From: Elusimicrobiota bacterium
GTDB taxonomy: Bacteria > Elusimicrobiota > Elusimicrobia > UBA1565 > UBA9628
Reading direction: 5' to 3'
DNA: 64,000 bases
NCBI GenBank assembly: GCA_027319565.1
Contig: DAHVNA010000002.1
Coordinates: 32,001 to 96,000, forward strand
Below the pieces are notes generated by a model. The model did not search any database. It saw only the letters and a program-made list of their open reading frames with translations, and was not told the DNA's origin. Each line of letters starts with the position of its first letter. Within the stretch, counting starts at the first letter, position 1. Made by a program: the position numbers and the translations under genes. This document shows, one piece after another, positions 20,295-30,112 of the stretch.

Positions 20295-21530
20295 TTACGC
20301 CTTTTTCTCAAGACTCGCTTTGGCTTTCGCGATAATTTTTGTCGCCATCTTATCGCTAATTCCTTCCACCTGGGTCAAGGACTCAACGCTGGATTCCGCA
20401 AGCTTATGGACGTCAGCCAAACCCGCGCGAGACAATAAATCCATCGTCTTAGCGCTTAAACCCTCAATTTGAAGAACAGGTCCTTCCTCCGGCTTTTTTT
20501 CTATTTGGGACTTAATCTCGATATTCCAACCAATCAACCGGGAAGCCAGATCTAAGTTTTGGCCTTCCTTGCCGATGGCAATCGCGAACTGCGATTCCGG
20601 AACAAAAGCGATCGCTTTCTTGGCCGCCGCATCGACGATTTTAACTTGAGAGACCACCGCCGGAGACAAGGCGTTTGAAATCAGCTTCCCAGGTTCATCA
20701 TTGTGGGCGATTAAATCAATTTTTTCTCCGGCTAGCTCATTCATCAAGCTGCGAATTCGAGAGCCGCGCAATCCCACGCAGGCCCCGACCGGATCAATTT
20801 GGGGATCGTTGGATTTCACCAAAACCTTCGCTCTAAAGCCGGGGTCGCGAACGATGGACACAATTGAAATCGTTTTATCTTTAATCTCCGGGACCTCAAT
20901 CTCAAGCAAGCGCTCCAAGAAAAGAGGGGCCGCCCTGGACAAAAGGATCTGCGGAGATTGAGAGGCCCGGTCAACTCTTAAGATGACGCAGCGAACGCTC
21001 ATTCCGACGTTGTAGCGCTCGCGGCGAATCTGCTCTCGCATGGGAATTACGCCTTCCACCTTTCCCAAATCTACGACGATCGTGCGCTCGATAAAACGAT
21101 GGACCGAACCCACGGTCAACTGGCCTTCTTTGGGCTTGAATTCATCGTAAAGCTTATCTCTCTCGGACTCCCGAACCTTTTGGGTCAAAAGCTGTTTCGC
21201 GGTCTGGGCCGCGATGCGGGCAAAATCGGCCGCGGGAGCGGGAAAACGAATTTCATCCCCGATCTGTGCGTCGGATTTTATTTTCCGCGCTTCTTCCAAA
21301 CTCATTTCCATTTCGGAATCAAGGACAGCATCCACCACTTTTTTAACGACGCGCGCTTGAAATTGCGCCGTCTCAGGGTCAATATTGGCCTCAATGACGG
21401 CGTTTTTGCCGACATATTTTCTCAACGAGCTGACCACCGCGCTCTCAATCATCTGGAGTATTTCGTTTTTGGGGATGCCCTTATCGCGCTCGATCTGTTC
21501 CAAAACAAGTATCAATTCCGATTTAGCCAT
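20295..21530 (-). CDS. nusA: transcription termination/antitermination factor
   Basis: FARIAAQTAKQ, RDPGFRAK, DPVGACVG..GSRI, AIGKEGQN; C-terminal HhH repeat. Confidence 0.96.
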   Translation of the reverse strand: MAKSELILVLEQIERDKGIPKNEILQMIESAVVSSLRKYVGKNAVIEANIDPETAQFQARVVKKVVDAVLDSEMEMSLEEARKIKSDAQIGDEIRFPAPAADFARIAAQTAKQLLTQKVRESERDKLYDEFKPKEGQLTVGSVHRFIERTIVVDLGKVEGVIPMREQIRRERYNVGMSVRCVILRVDRASQSPQILLSRAAPLFLERLLEIEVPEIKDKTISIVSIVRDPGFRAKVLVKSNDPQIDPVGACVGLRGSRIRSLMNELAGEKIDLIAHNDEPGKLISNALSPAVVSQVKIVDAAAKKAIAFVPESQFAIAIGKEGQNLDLASRLIGWNIEIKSQIEKKPEEGPVLQIEGLSAKTMDLLSRAGLADVHKLAESSVESLTQVEGISDKMATKIIAKAKASLEKKA

Positions 21531-21532
21531 AT

Positions 21533-21994
21533 TTAAATAGACAGATGGGCGGCTTCGTTGAGGCGAGCCTCTTCAATCGCGCTGATATTGAAAGAGAAAG
21601 TTTTTCCCTCGCACTCGAAAGCCACCTGCCCCTCCTGGCATCCCCGAATAATTCCGGAGAAATTTCGACGTCCCTCCAAAGGCTCTTTTAATTGAATCTT
21701 GGCGGCCTTGCCGCTAAACCTCTGAAAATCTTTTTCTTTTTTGATAACGCGGTCGATTCCGGGGGAAGATACTTCGAGCACATAAGAAGCCGACAACGCT
21801 TTCGAAGAATCAAGCAGACTGCCGATGCGGTCCGAGAAATAGGCACAATCATCCAGAGAAACTCGCGGCGATTTATCGATATAAACCCTCAGAACCCATT
21901 GCGAACCTTCCCGGGCATATTCCAAATCCACCAATTCCGCTCCTTCCTGTTCAAGCAGTGGGCTAATCAGCGTCTCAATTTTTGATAGATCCAT
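21533..21994 (-). CDS. rimP: ribosome maturation factor
   Basis: LRVYID, SLDDC, YVLEVSSPGIDR. Confidence 0.95.
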   Translation of the reverse strand: MDLSKIETLISPLLEQEGAELVDLEYAREGSQWVLRVYIDKSPRVSLDDCAYFSDRIGSLLDSSKALSASYVLEVSSPGIDRVIKKEKDFQRFSGKAAKIQLKEPLEGRRNFSGIIRGCQEGQVAFECEGKTFSFNISAIEEARLNEAAHLSI

Positions 21995-22004
21995 AATCTG
22001 TTCC

Positions 22005-22038
22005 AAAAGCAAGGCCGCTCGAACTCCCGAGCGGCCTT
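22005..22038 (-). terminator. rimP-leader hairpin (putative attenuator)
   Basis: 11-bp perfect stem AAGGCCGCTCG/CGAGCGGCCTT followed by GCTTTT, between a TATAAT (22048-22053) and the rimP start. Confidence 0.75.
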
Positions 22039-22067
22039 AAGGCTCGTATTATATGTATTATTGTATC

Positions 22068-22973
22068 TTATTTTATGGGCGATTTCCCAAGATTTTCGGC
22101 GAAATTATAAAGCGCCTCCTTGATGCCCCTCATCAGAGGACCGACATCCTTTTCAAGACGCTCAGTCCTTAGCCCCGCCTTTAAGGGCCGCTTCGCTTTT
22201 TGTTTGAGCTCCGAGGTCGGTAATCCTTGAATCAAATTCGGGTCCAATTTAAGAATCCGCGCCGCCTCTCGGGCAAAATCAAGGCGGGAGACAAAATCAG
22301 AACCCGCGGCGTGGAAGATTCCGCGCGCGTCTATTTCAAGCAACTTCTCTAAGGCCAAGGCCAAATCAGGGGCATAGGTCGGCGTCGCCCATTGATCGGA
22401 AGGGACAAGCATCTTCTCTTTTTGAGAAAGCCTTTTGAGCAACTGCATCGCAAAATTGTTGCCTCCTTCCTGAAAACTATAGACCGTGGTCGTCCGAACC
22501 ACCAAGTTATTGTCTGAAACTTCTAAAACGGCTTGTTCCCCCTCAAGCTTGCTTTCCCCGTAAACATTGAGGGGACGGGTCTCAGCGTTTTCATCATAAG
22601 GGCCGGAAGTTCCGTCAAAAACATAATCAGTAGAAAGAAACACGAGCTTGCCGCCGGGAATTTTTTTCATCTCCCGGGCAATGTCAGCGGGAGATTTTAG
22701 ATTAATCTGAAAGGCTTTTTCTCGATCGGATTCGCAGCCATCGACATTCGTCATAGCCCCGCAGATAATGGCGATGTCCGGGCGAACGCGAGAAACCACC
22801 GCCACAGCTTCTCCTTCTTGGGACAAATCAAGAGGCAGGAGTTCAGAACTCAAGCGAGAAAAACCCGTGCCCATGACCTGATATTTCTCTCCGGAAAAGA
22901 CCTTAAGACACAAACGCCCTAATTGGCCGGTCGCCCCGATAATTAAAACTTTTTTAGTCCGAGAATTAAACAT
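22068..22973 (-). CDS. dTDP-4-dehydrorhamnose reductase-like SDR
   Basis: GATGQLG, STDYVFDG, YGESK, DQWATPT. Confidence 0.85.
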   Translation of the reverse strand: MFNSRTKKVLIIGATGQLGRLCLKVFSGEKYQVMGTGFSRLSSELLPLDLSQEGEAVAVVSRVRPDIAIICGAMTNVDGCESDREKAFQINLKSPADIAREMKKIPGGKLVFLSTDYVFDGTSGPYDENAETRPLNVYGESKLEGEQAVLEVSDNNLVVRTTTVYSFQEGGNNFAMQLLKRLSQKEKMLVPSDQWATPTYAPDLALALEKLLEIDARGIFHAAGSDFVSRLDFAREAARILKLDPNLIQGLPTSELKQKAKRPLKAGLRTERLEKDVGPLMRGIKEALYNFAENLGKSPIK

Positions 22974-23015
22974 CGTTTCATTCTAACAAATGATTAAATT
23001 TGATAGTATAAAATC

Positions 23016-23849
23016 GTGCTTTGTCTCCTTCTGTATTTTTTATTTCCCGCCCTAACATCGCCTTTGAAAGCGGGCGCTTTAGGAAGCTCCTCTGACCTCG
23101 CCCTCTATTCTCTATGGCCGCAATCTCCCGCTCCTATTCCCCTGCCCAACCCTTGGAACCGACAAGTCCTTCCGGATTTTTCCCCATCCCCCGCAAAAAC
23201 TTCCGACTCTAAAAGTCCCGCGGTCTTTGTGCGCCTCAAATTAAGCATGAAAACCAAGGAAAGCCTAAAAGATTCTCTGATCGATCTGGGCTCACAAGCG
23301 GGGTTTCACCCCGATGCCCGGTTTAATCCCGTGGTAGATGGACCGTCCCAAAAAGCCTTTATCTGGGGATGGATTCTTCCCTCCAATATTAAGCAGGTGG
23401 CCAAACTTCCAACGGTCGAGAAAATATCCTTTTCCGATCACAAGCGCGAAGCCATGTCCCCTTCTTCTCAAGAAACCCTCATCGTCGGGCTCGAGGTCAA
23501 TTCCTCTGTCTCTCAAACCCTGTCGGAGGATCTTCCCCGAATCGTCAAAAATACCGAGTTTAAAGTCCAAAAAACAATCGGATATCAACCCATTCCCCAA
23601 TCCGATAAAATCGCCATCCTCTTCTTAGGAAAAATTTCGATATCCAATATCGACAAACTTCTCAATCAACGAAATGTCGTGAAGGTATTGCCGCTCATGT
23701 CGCAGTCCAAAAGCGTTTCTCTCAGCAAGGTCAAAAACCCATTGCCTCCTGCTGTAAGCGCGGTGGACCAATTAATGTTTTGGGGCGGAGCCGCGGGGCT
23801 CTTGATTGGGGGTTGTTTGTTCTATCTGTTAAGACTCATAAGTTCATAA
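23016..23849 (+). CDS. exported, C-terminally membrane-anchored protein with two internal repeats
   Basis: Signal-like N-terminus; repeats ending GWILPSNIKQVAKLPTVEKI and GKISISNIDKLLNQRNVVKV; C-terminal TM. Confidence 0.65.
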   Translation: MLCLLLYFLFPALTSPLKAGALGSSSDLALYSLWPQSPAPIPLPNPWNRQVLPDFSPSPAKTSDSKSPAVFVRLKLSMKTKESLKDSLIDLGSQAGFHPDARFNPVVDGPSQKAFIWGWILPSNIKQVAKLPTVEKISFSDHKREAMSPSSQETLIVGLEVNSSVSQTLSEDLPRIVKNTEFKVQKTIGYQPIPQSDKIAILFLGKISISNIDKLLNQRNVVKVLPLMSQSKSVSLSKVKNPLPPAVSAVDQLMFWGGAAGLLIGGCLFYLLRLISS

Positions 23850-23855
23850 TCTTCA

Positions 23856-24614
23856 ATGAAAAGGCGTTTCTCTGCGGCTTTTTTGCTTGGAATCATTCTC
23901 GGTCTCGGGGGAGAAACTCTTCTTCTATCAAAAACCGCCTCCGGGAATTTCGCCGATAATTTGAGGAAAGATTTTCGCGTGCTTTTCTTTATGCCGGAAA
24001 AATCCTTGCCGCAGACACTTTTAAACGCTCAAAAATCAGTGGGCGAAATACCCGGAACCCAATCCTCCATTTTAATTTCTCCCAAAAAAGCTCTCTCTAT
24101 TCTCCAAAAAGAAGATCCGGAATTAGCGCAAAATCTTTCTTTCTTGACCGCCAATCCAATAGAGCCAATGATCGAAGCGACTCTAAACAAGGACGGCCTT
24201 CTCTCTTTTGAATCCTGGATATCTCAAGCCGCCGCTCTGCAAAAATGGACCGAAATACGCTATCAGCCGGAAGAGCTCAAATCTATTTTAAGACTGGGAT
24301 TATATCTGCGTTTCCTGACCGTGGCGCTGACCGCTCTTTTATGCCTTTCTTCTCTTCTGCTAGTTTTAGGAGTGCTTTTTCCTCTCATCGTTTTCTCAAA
24401 GCGCTCTCCGCATAAGATGCTTGAGCTTCTTTCTCTTAGCGCGAAGACTTTCGGGGTTTGCCTTATCGGCGTTTGTATCGGCGGAATTTTCTCCGCCGCT
24501 TTTGCCTGGCCCTTGGGCCGAACCGTAGAGTGGTGGAGGTGGCCCACCCTGTTGACTCAAGCGATCTTCATTCTTCCAACCGCCCTTGCCGGCGCGATTC
24601 TATGCGTTTGGTAA
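23856..24614 (+). CDS. divergent FtsX-like permease
   Basis: TM + extracytoplasmic domain (ISPKKAL..L..NPIEPMIE) + 3 TMs; immediately upstream of envC-ctpA. Confidence 0.65.
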   Translation: MKRRFSAAFLLGIILGLGGETLLLSKTASGNFADNLRKDFRVLFFMPEKSLPQTLLNAQKSVGEIPGTQSSILISPKKALSILQKEDPELAQNLSFLTANPIEPMIEATLNKDGLLSFESWISQAAALQKWTEIRYQPEELKSILRLGLYLRFLTVALTALLCLSSLLLVLGVLFPLIVFSKRSPHKMLELLSLSAKTFGVCLIGVCIGGIFSAAFAWPLGRTVEWWRWPTLLTQAIFILPTALAGAILCVW

Positions 24615-25708
24615 TCATCTCGTGGCTATTTTTATCTCCCGCCGCCCACGCCAAACCCCTTAGCCGAAAACTGGGCGAGATCAAAAAAGAAATTCTTGAA
24701 ACCAGAAGGGAAATCCGCCATTACCAAAAAACGGAAATCCGCTTAAAAAAAGATTCTGAATTTCTCAAGCGAAAGCATTTGACCAATCAAAAAATGCTTG
24801 AGCGCTTAAACAAACTGGAAACCTCCGTCAAAAACAAGGAGCAGGATCTCGCCCTTCAATTAAAATCCCTGCAAGAGGATTCCAATTTCTGGTCCGAAGA
24901 ATTGAAAAAAAATATCCGGGCTTATTTTTCCGATATCGAAACCGGTCGAGGATATCAAAGCGTCGATTTTCTTCAGCAGGAACAATTCTTGCGTTTTTCT
25001 CTCATCAATGATTCTGTCATGCTCAAGGCGCTCAGCGGAAGCGCTCGAAAGACCGTCCAGGCCAAGCAGAAAACGGATGCGGTCAAAGAGGGAATTATCG
25101 CGCAAAGCCAAAAAGCCATCGCCCAAAACAAAAAACTCTCAGCCTCCTTTTCCCGCGAACAATCCCTAATCCAAAGCGTCTCCGAGAAAAAATCCGAGGC
25201 GTTAAAAAGAGAAAAGAAATTAGAAGAGTCGGAAAAGGCCCTGACACTCTTATTAAAAAAATTCAACCGACGAAGAAAAACGCGCCCCATCAGAAAAATT
25301 TATCGTCCGCGCCCGGTCATAGGCCCCCATTCCCTCTCCTGGCCCGCGCGCGGCAAAGTTATTGATTTCTTTGGAAAGGAGAAAAATCCCGAGCTGGGAA
25401 CCTGGGTGATTCATCAGGGAATACTCCTTGAAACTTCCCCTCATTCGCCGGTCCATAATGTCGCCCTAGGCCGGGTTATCTTTGCCGGGCCTTTTCGCTC
25501 TTATGGACAAATCGTGATTGTCGACTGCGGCCATGAATTTTTCGCCATCTACGGGCATCTCGGGTCCATTCTCGCGAAAACCGGGGAAATGGTGGGGCGA
25601 GGACAAATCATTGGGACCAGCTCTTTGAACCCGCGCTCTGGAAATTTATATTTTGAGCTTCGGCAAGGAACGACCGCGCTTAACCCGCTTGGCTGGTTGA
25701 AAAAATAA
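24602..25708 (+). CDS. envC: EnvC-like murein hydrolase activator (coiled coil + degenerate M23)
   Basis: Signal peptide, long coiled coil, WPARG..FG, HQGILL (no Asp ligand), YGHL, LYFELR. Confidence 0.85.
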   Translation: MRLVIISWLFLSPAAHAKPLSRKLGEIKKEILETRREIRHYQKTEIRLKKDSEFLKRKHLTNQKMLERLNKLETSVKNKEQDLALQLKSLQEDSNFWSEELKKNIRAYFSDIETGRGYQSVDFLQQEQFLRFSLINDSVMLKALSGSARKTVQAKQKTDAVKEGIIAQSQKAIAQNKKLSASFSREQSLIQSVSEKKSEALKREKKLEESEKALTLLLKKFNRRRKTRPIRKIYRPRPVIGPHSLSWPARGKVIDFFGKEKNPELGTWVIHQGILLETSPHSPVHNVALGRVIFAGPFRSYGQIVIVDCGHEFFAIYGHLGSILAKTGEMVGRGQIIGTSSLNPRSGNLYFELRQGTTALNPLGWLKK

Positions 25709-25721
25709 TATGATGATAGAG

Positions 25722-27047
25722 ATGATCCGCTTAGACAAAATGAGCCGAACCCTCCTGATTATTTCTTTTTTCGCCGCGACTCTTTGTCTGCCCGCCCAAA
25801 GCCAGGTCGTTGTCTCCTCCGCTTCTCAGCAGGGGCTTTCCGGAGACGAGACCTACAAGAAAATTAAAACCTTGGTCGATGTCCTCCATTACATTCGCGA
25901 AGACTATGTCGATCCGGTTTCAACCAAGCAATTAATGGACGGAGCTTTATCGGGCATGGTTGACACACTGGATCCTTTCTCTCAATATCTGGGCGTTGAA
26001 GCGGCCGGAGAAATGGACACCGAAACCAAGGGGAATTTTGACGGGGTCGGGCTTCAGCTCAATGTCGATGGAGATTGGCTCACGGTCATTACCCCGATCC
26101 CGGGAACCCCCGCCTACAGCGCTGGCATCTTGCCGGGAGATCGTTTGTCGGCGGTCAACGGGCAAAGCACCAAGGATGAAACGCTCAATCAGATTCAAAA
26201 AGATCTTCGGGGAAAGCCCGGCAGCCAGGTCGCCTTGACGGTGTTGCGAAAAGTTCCGGAGGGAAATTCCGAAATCTGGAAGCCCCTGAATTTTACGGTC
26301 GAAAGAAAAAAAATAAAAATAGAAAGCGTTCACTCTCAGATGCTTCCCAATCAGATCGGATATATCCGAATCGTGGAATTTAACGCCAACACCGCCCGAG
26401 ACACCTTGACGGCTCTTAATTCTTTGAAAAAACAAGGGATGACGAGTCTTATTTTGGATCTCAGAAATAATCCTGGCGGGCTTTTGTCCTCCGCCGTTCA
26501 GATTGCCTCATACTTCCTAGCCGGGAAAAAGTTAATCGTCTACACGCAGGGAAGAAAACCCGACGACCGCGAGGAATTTAGAAGCTTTGAGACCGCCCCA
26601 TTTCCCGATCTTCCGATGATCGTTTTAGTCAACGGCGGATCCGCCTCAGCGGCCGAAATCGTTTCCGGAGCGCTTCAAGACAATCACCGCGCTCTATTGG
26701 TCGGCATGCGCACCTATGGAAAAGCCAGTGTCCAATCCATCATCCCGCTCGATGACGGCTCCAGCCTTCGCCTGACGATCGCTCGTTACTATACCCCGTC
26801 CGGGCGTTCGATTCAGCGCAACGAGACAAACCACACCGGAGGAATTTTGCCCGACATTATCGTCAAGGTTCCTCCCGATATTGAAGCCAAACTTTACGAT
26901 CAGTGGGATATGATTTACGCGAAAAATCAAAAACCTCACTCCCTGGTCAAGAAAAAATACCGCGTTCCGGACAAAATTCTCGACCGCGCCGAAGAAATTC
27001 TCAAAGCCCGCAGCATTTTAGGAACGCAAGGAAACGCCGCCCCTTGA
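25722..27047 (+). CDS. S41 carboxyl-terminal processing protease with PDZ
   Basis: LDPFSQY, LDLRNNPGG, SASAAEI, GKASVQ, YYTPSGRSI; start uncertain (25710-25740). Confidence 0.93.
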   Translation: MIRLDKMSRTLLIISFFAATLCLPAQSQVVVSSASQQGLSGDETYKKIKTLVDVLHYIREDYVDPVSTKQLMDGALSGMVDTLDPFSQYLGVEAAGEMDTETKGNFDGVGLQLNVDGDWLTVITPIPGTPAYSAGILPGDRLSAVNGQSTKDETLNQIQKDLRGKPGSQVALTVLRKVPEGNSEIWKPLNFTVERKKIKIESVHSQMLPNQIGYIRIVEFNANTARDTLTALNSLKKQGMTSLILDLRNNPGGLLSSAVQIASYFLAGKKLIVYTQGRKPDDREEFRSFETAPFPDLPMIVLVNGGSASAAEIVSGALQDNHRALLVGMRTYGKASVQSIIPLDDGSSLRLTIARYYTPSGRSIQRNETNHTGGILPDIIVKVPPDIEAKLYDQWDMIYAKNQKPHSLVKKKYRVPDKILDRAEEILKARSILGTQGNAAP

Positions 27048-28087
27048 AAGTTCTGGGAATTGAAACCTCTTGCGATGAAACCTCGGCCGCGGTGGTCGAT
27101 CAAAAGCGGGGAATTTTGTCGAATGTCGTAATTTCTCAAATCCCTCTTCATCGCCCTTTTCAAGGCGTCGTTCCCGAGTTAGCCTCAAGAGCCCATTTCA
27201 AAAAAATCGCGCCGGTCATAGAAGAAGCGTGCCTAAAGGCCGGAATTAAACGGCCGGACGCCGTCGCTTTTACCCAAGGTCCAGGCCTCATGGGATCTCT
27301 TCTGGTGGGAAGAGTCGCCGCCGAGACGCTCGGAAGGATTTGGGATTGTCCCGTCATCGGAATTAACCATCTGGAAGGGCATATTTTCGCCGCCGAACTA
27401 GAGGGGAAAATTCGTTTTCCGTTATTGGCTCTCATTGTTTCAGGAGGACATACCGATTTAGTTCTAGTTTTTAAGCCCGGCCAATACCGGGTTTTAGGCC
27501 GGACCCGCGATGATGCCGCCGGAGAATGCTACGACAAGGTGGCCAAGATATTGGGACTGGGCTATCCCGGCGGCCCCATCATCGACCGACTGGCCAAGAC
27601 CGGAGACAAGAACTCTATTATTTTTCCGCGTCCCTATCTTGAGGGAACTTTCGATTTTTCTTTTTCGGGGCTTAAGACCGCTCTTCTCTATCACATCAAC
27701 AAACGCCTTAAAAGGCCGATGAACGCCAAAATTAAAAGCTTGAAAAAGCCGATTTTAACGCCGGGAGAAATTTCAAACATTTGCGCCTCATTTCAAGAAG
27801 CCGTCTGCGAAACCCTCGTTCATAAGACTCTGGACGCCGCTCAAAAATTTAAAATCCGCCAAATCGTCGTTGGGGGCGGCGTTTCCGCCAATAGCCGCTT
27901 AAGAGAAATGTTTATCGAGAAATGCCAAAATCAACAAATTGCCGTCAGCCTTTCCTCTCTAAAACTCTGCACCGATAATGGCGCGATGATCGCCCAAGTC
28001 GCCATTCATAAACTCTCATCAAAAACTAAAAAACGCGCTTTAACCAATAAAAGCGATCCGGCTCTTCCTTTTAAGAATTGGGCTTAG
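27044..28087 (+). CDS. tsaD: tRNA threonylcarbamoyltransferase
   Basis: GIETSCDET, VVPELASRAH, NHLEGH, SGGHT, DDAAGE, DNGAMIA; TTG start overlapping the S41 protease stop. Confidence 0.96.
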   Translation: MKVLGIETSCDETSAAVVDQKRGILSNVVISQIPLHRPFQGVVPELASRAHFKKIAPVIEEACLKAGIKRPDAVAFTQGPGLMGSLLVGRVAAETLGRIWDCPVIGINHLEGHIFAAELEGKIRFPLLALIVSGGHTDLVLVFKPGQYRVLGRTRDDAAGECYDKVAKILGLGYPGGPIIDRLAKTGDKNSIIFPRPYLEGTFDFSFSGLKTALLYHINKRLKRPMNAKIKSLKKPILTPGEISNICASFQEAVCETLVHKTLDAAQKFKIRQIVVGGGVSANSRLREMFIEKCQNQQIAVSLSSLKLCTDNGAMIAQVAIHKLSSKTKKRALTNKSDPALPFKNWA

Positions 28088-28109
28088 GGCTCGCTACGAA
28101 CGAAGGGCG

Positions 28110-29216
28110 TCAGAAATGGACTAATTTTTTGAGCCGGGGCATAGGCTCCATTCCCAAGCCGGATTGGACTTTCGAGAGATCATAAAGACCTTTGCGTCCG
28201 ATAGACGGCCCTTTCCAGAGTTTTTGAGAAAACCACAGCGGGGTGTCCAAATCCACAAAACTAAAATCTCCCCGGCCGCAGGCAAAATGGGCGGAGGTGG
28301 TCATCGCCAAGGCGGTCTCAATATTTCCGCCAATCATCAAAATCTTTCCTTTCTTTCGAGCCAAATCCGCGATTTTAATATTCTCGATGATTCCGCATTT
28401 CATGAGCTTGATATTGACGGCGGAAGGAAAAGGGCGGCGAAACAAATTCTGAACGGCTTTAAAGCTATAGGCGGATTCATCCGCGCAGACGGAAACCCCG
28501 CCGTATTTTTCGACGTCAAAAAGGCCGTCCAAATCTTCTCTTTTGACCGGCTGCTCGAAAAGAGCCGGCAAAATCCCGCGCTTTTTTAAGCGCATAAGAA
28601 AATCAAGGGCCTTTTTTGCGGAATAGCCCTGATTGGCATCGATAATGAGTCTCGCCTTCGGCGCCTCCACAAGAACCGCCAAGACCCGCTTTTCATCCTC
28701 ATCTAAATCGCATCCCACCTTGATTTTAATTGTCTGAACCCCCAAGCGCGCGATTTTCCGCGCCGCCAGGCGAGATTTCTCCGGCGAAATCAAGGTCACC
28801 GTCACATCCGAAAAAACGCTTTTTTTCGCGTCGCCTAAAAAAGACCTTAAAGGGATTTTTTTAAACCGAGTCCAGGCATCCAAGATCGCCATCTGAATGG
28901 CCGCTCGCGCGGCCCCGCGCTCCGGCGGCATTCGCGAATCGAGTTTTTTTAAAAAAGCTCCGACATCGGCGATCTCTTTTCCCTCCAAGAATGAAATTTG
29001 TTCCGACAGCGCAAGGTAAGTCAAATCTTGACTGTCTCCGTTAAAGGTCGTAGAGGGAGCCCCTTCGCCGTATCCGACAGTTCCGTCTTTAAGACGCACG
29101 CGAACTAAGACGTTACTGGTCGCGCTTTGAGATCCCGAGGAAATGGGAAACGGCTCGTTTAAGGGTTCATTGAGTCGCGCGATTGAAACTTGAGAGAGGA
29201 CGGGGAAATCTCTCAT
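28110..29216 (-). CDS. dipeptide (L-Ala-D/L-Glu) epimerase, enolase superfamily
   Basis: KIKVG, DANQG, EQP, ADES, NIKLMK, DLD. Confidence 0.88.
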   Translation of the reverse strand: MRDFPVLSQVSIARLNEPLNEPFPISSGSQSATSNVLVRVRLKDGTVGYGEGAPSTTFNGDSQDLTYLALSEQISFLEGKEIADVGAFLKKLDSRMPPERGAARAAIQMAILDAWTRFKKIPLRSFLGDAKKSVFSDVTVTLISPEKSRLAARKIARLGVQTIKIKVGCDLDEDEKRVLAVLVEAPKARLIIDANQGYSAKKALDFLMRLKKRGILPALFEQPVKREDLDGLFDVEKYGGVSVCADESAYSFKAVQNLFRRPFPSAVNIKLMKCGIIENIKIADLARKKGKILMIGGNIETALAMTTSAHFACGRGDFSFVDLDTPLWFSQKLWKGPSIGRKGLYDLSKVQSGLGMEPMPRLKKLVHF

Positions 29217-30112
29217 TGGGGAATCAATAGAATCTGCGCCAATTCGCCCAATCTCTCGCTATTTAAATTAAGACCTGCGTTTTGGTAAACCGCCATTAAA
29301 TTGCGCAAAAGCCGCATTAAAATATGCGAATGAGAGACCGGTCTTAAAACGCTGGGATCATAACTAAACCCATTTTGGGCCAAACGCTTGCGCATCCCAG
29401 CGACGTCGAGTGTTTTATTTAAAATCGGGTCCCAAAACAAAGACGGACGCCCGAGTCCGACGATAAAATGGCCTGGAAGCCCAATTCCGAAAGCCGGAAT
29501 CTTAAGCCGACGCGCCAATATCAAAAAAAGAATGGACAAGCTGAGAGGCGTTCCCCGCCGCATTTCAATGACCCGATTTAAATAATTATTGTCCGGATCG
29601 TAATAGTTTTCCTCATTGACGCGAAAACCCATGGCATTGGAGAGAAACGAGTGGAGGCGCTTAAAGGCCGTCATCGAATTTTCAGACGAGGAGATATCGC
29701 TTCTAATTTTACCGGCGACATGGTCCAGCCATTTGCGATAGACCTTTTCATCAAGAAGCGGATAGGCAAAGCGCGCGATCAAAAAAGCCCCCTTTTCCAA
29801 ATCTCTCTTGGCCTCGCTTAAACGCGCGAACTCCTCAAATTCCTTTTTAATCTCTCCAAAGACAATGTCCGAGATAAGCCCTTTGGCCTTTTCAAAAAGC
29901 GCGGGATGCGTTCGCTCCAAACCCATTAAATAAGGGAGAATCGGCGCTCCAATTTTAAGGATATGGTCTCGCACCAAGAGGGCGCTGTTGGGGTCCTCGT
30001 CTTCAAGAAGCAAGACTAGACTTCTCAAATTGCGCTCTTTTCCGGTTCTTCCCGCGCGCGCCTTTGTTTTCTCCATACTGGATATTGTATCCCCTGCTAC
30101 TGACTTTTTCAA
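29213..30112 (-). CDS. SirB1/transglutaminase-like (Transglut_core2) protein
   Basis: YYDPDNNYLNRV..RRGTPLSL, GLPGHF, ILMRLLRNL. Confidence 0.8.
   Translation of the reverse strand: MKKSVAGDTISSMEKTKARAGRTGKERNLRSLVLLLEDEDPNSALLVRDHILKIGAPILPYLMGLERTHPALFEKAKGLISDIVFGEIKKEFEEFARLSEAKRDLEKGAFLIARFAYPLLDEKVYRKWLDHVAGKIRSDISSSENSMTAFKRLHSFLSNAMGFRVNEENYYDPDNNYLNRVIEMRRGTPLSLSILFLILARRLKIPAFGIGLPGHFIVGLGRPSLFWDPILNKTLDVAGMRKRLAQNGFSYDPSVLRPVSHSHILMRLLRNLMAVYQNAGLNLNSERLGELAQILLIPQ

Noticed and set aside
22041..22068. dif-like 11-6-11 pattern GGCTCGTATTA-TATGTA-TTATTGTATCT
   Set aside because: The XerD arm matches TTATGTTAAAT at only 7 of 11 positions, and the AT-rich stretch is explained by the rimP -10 box
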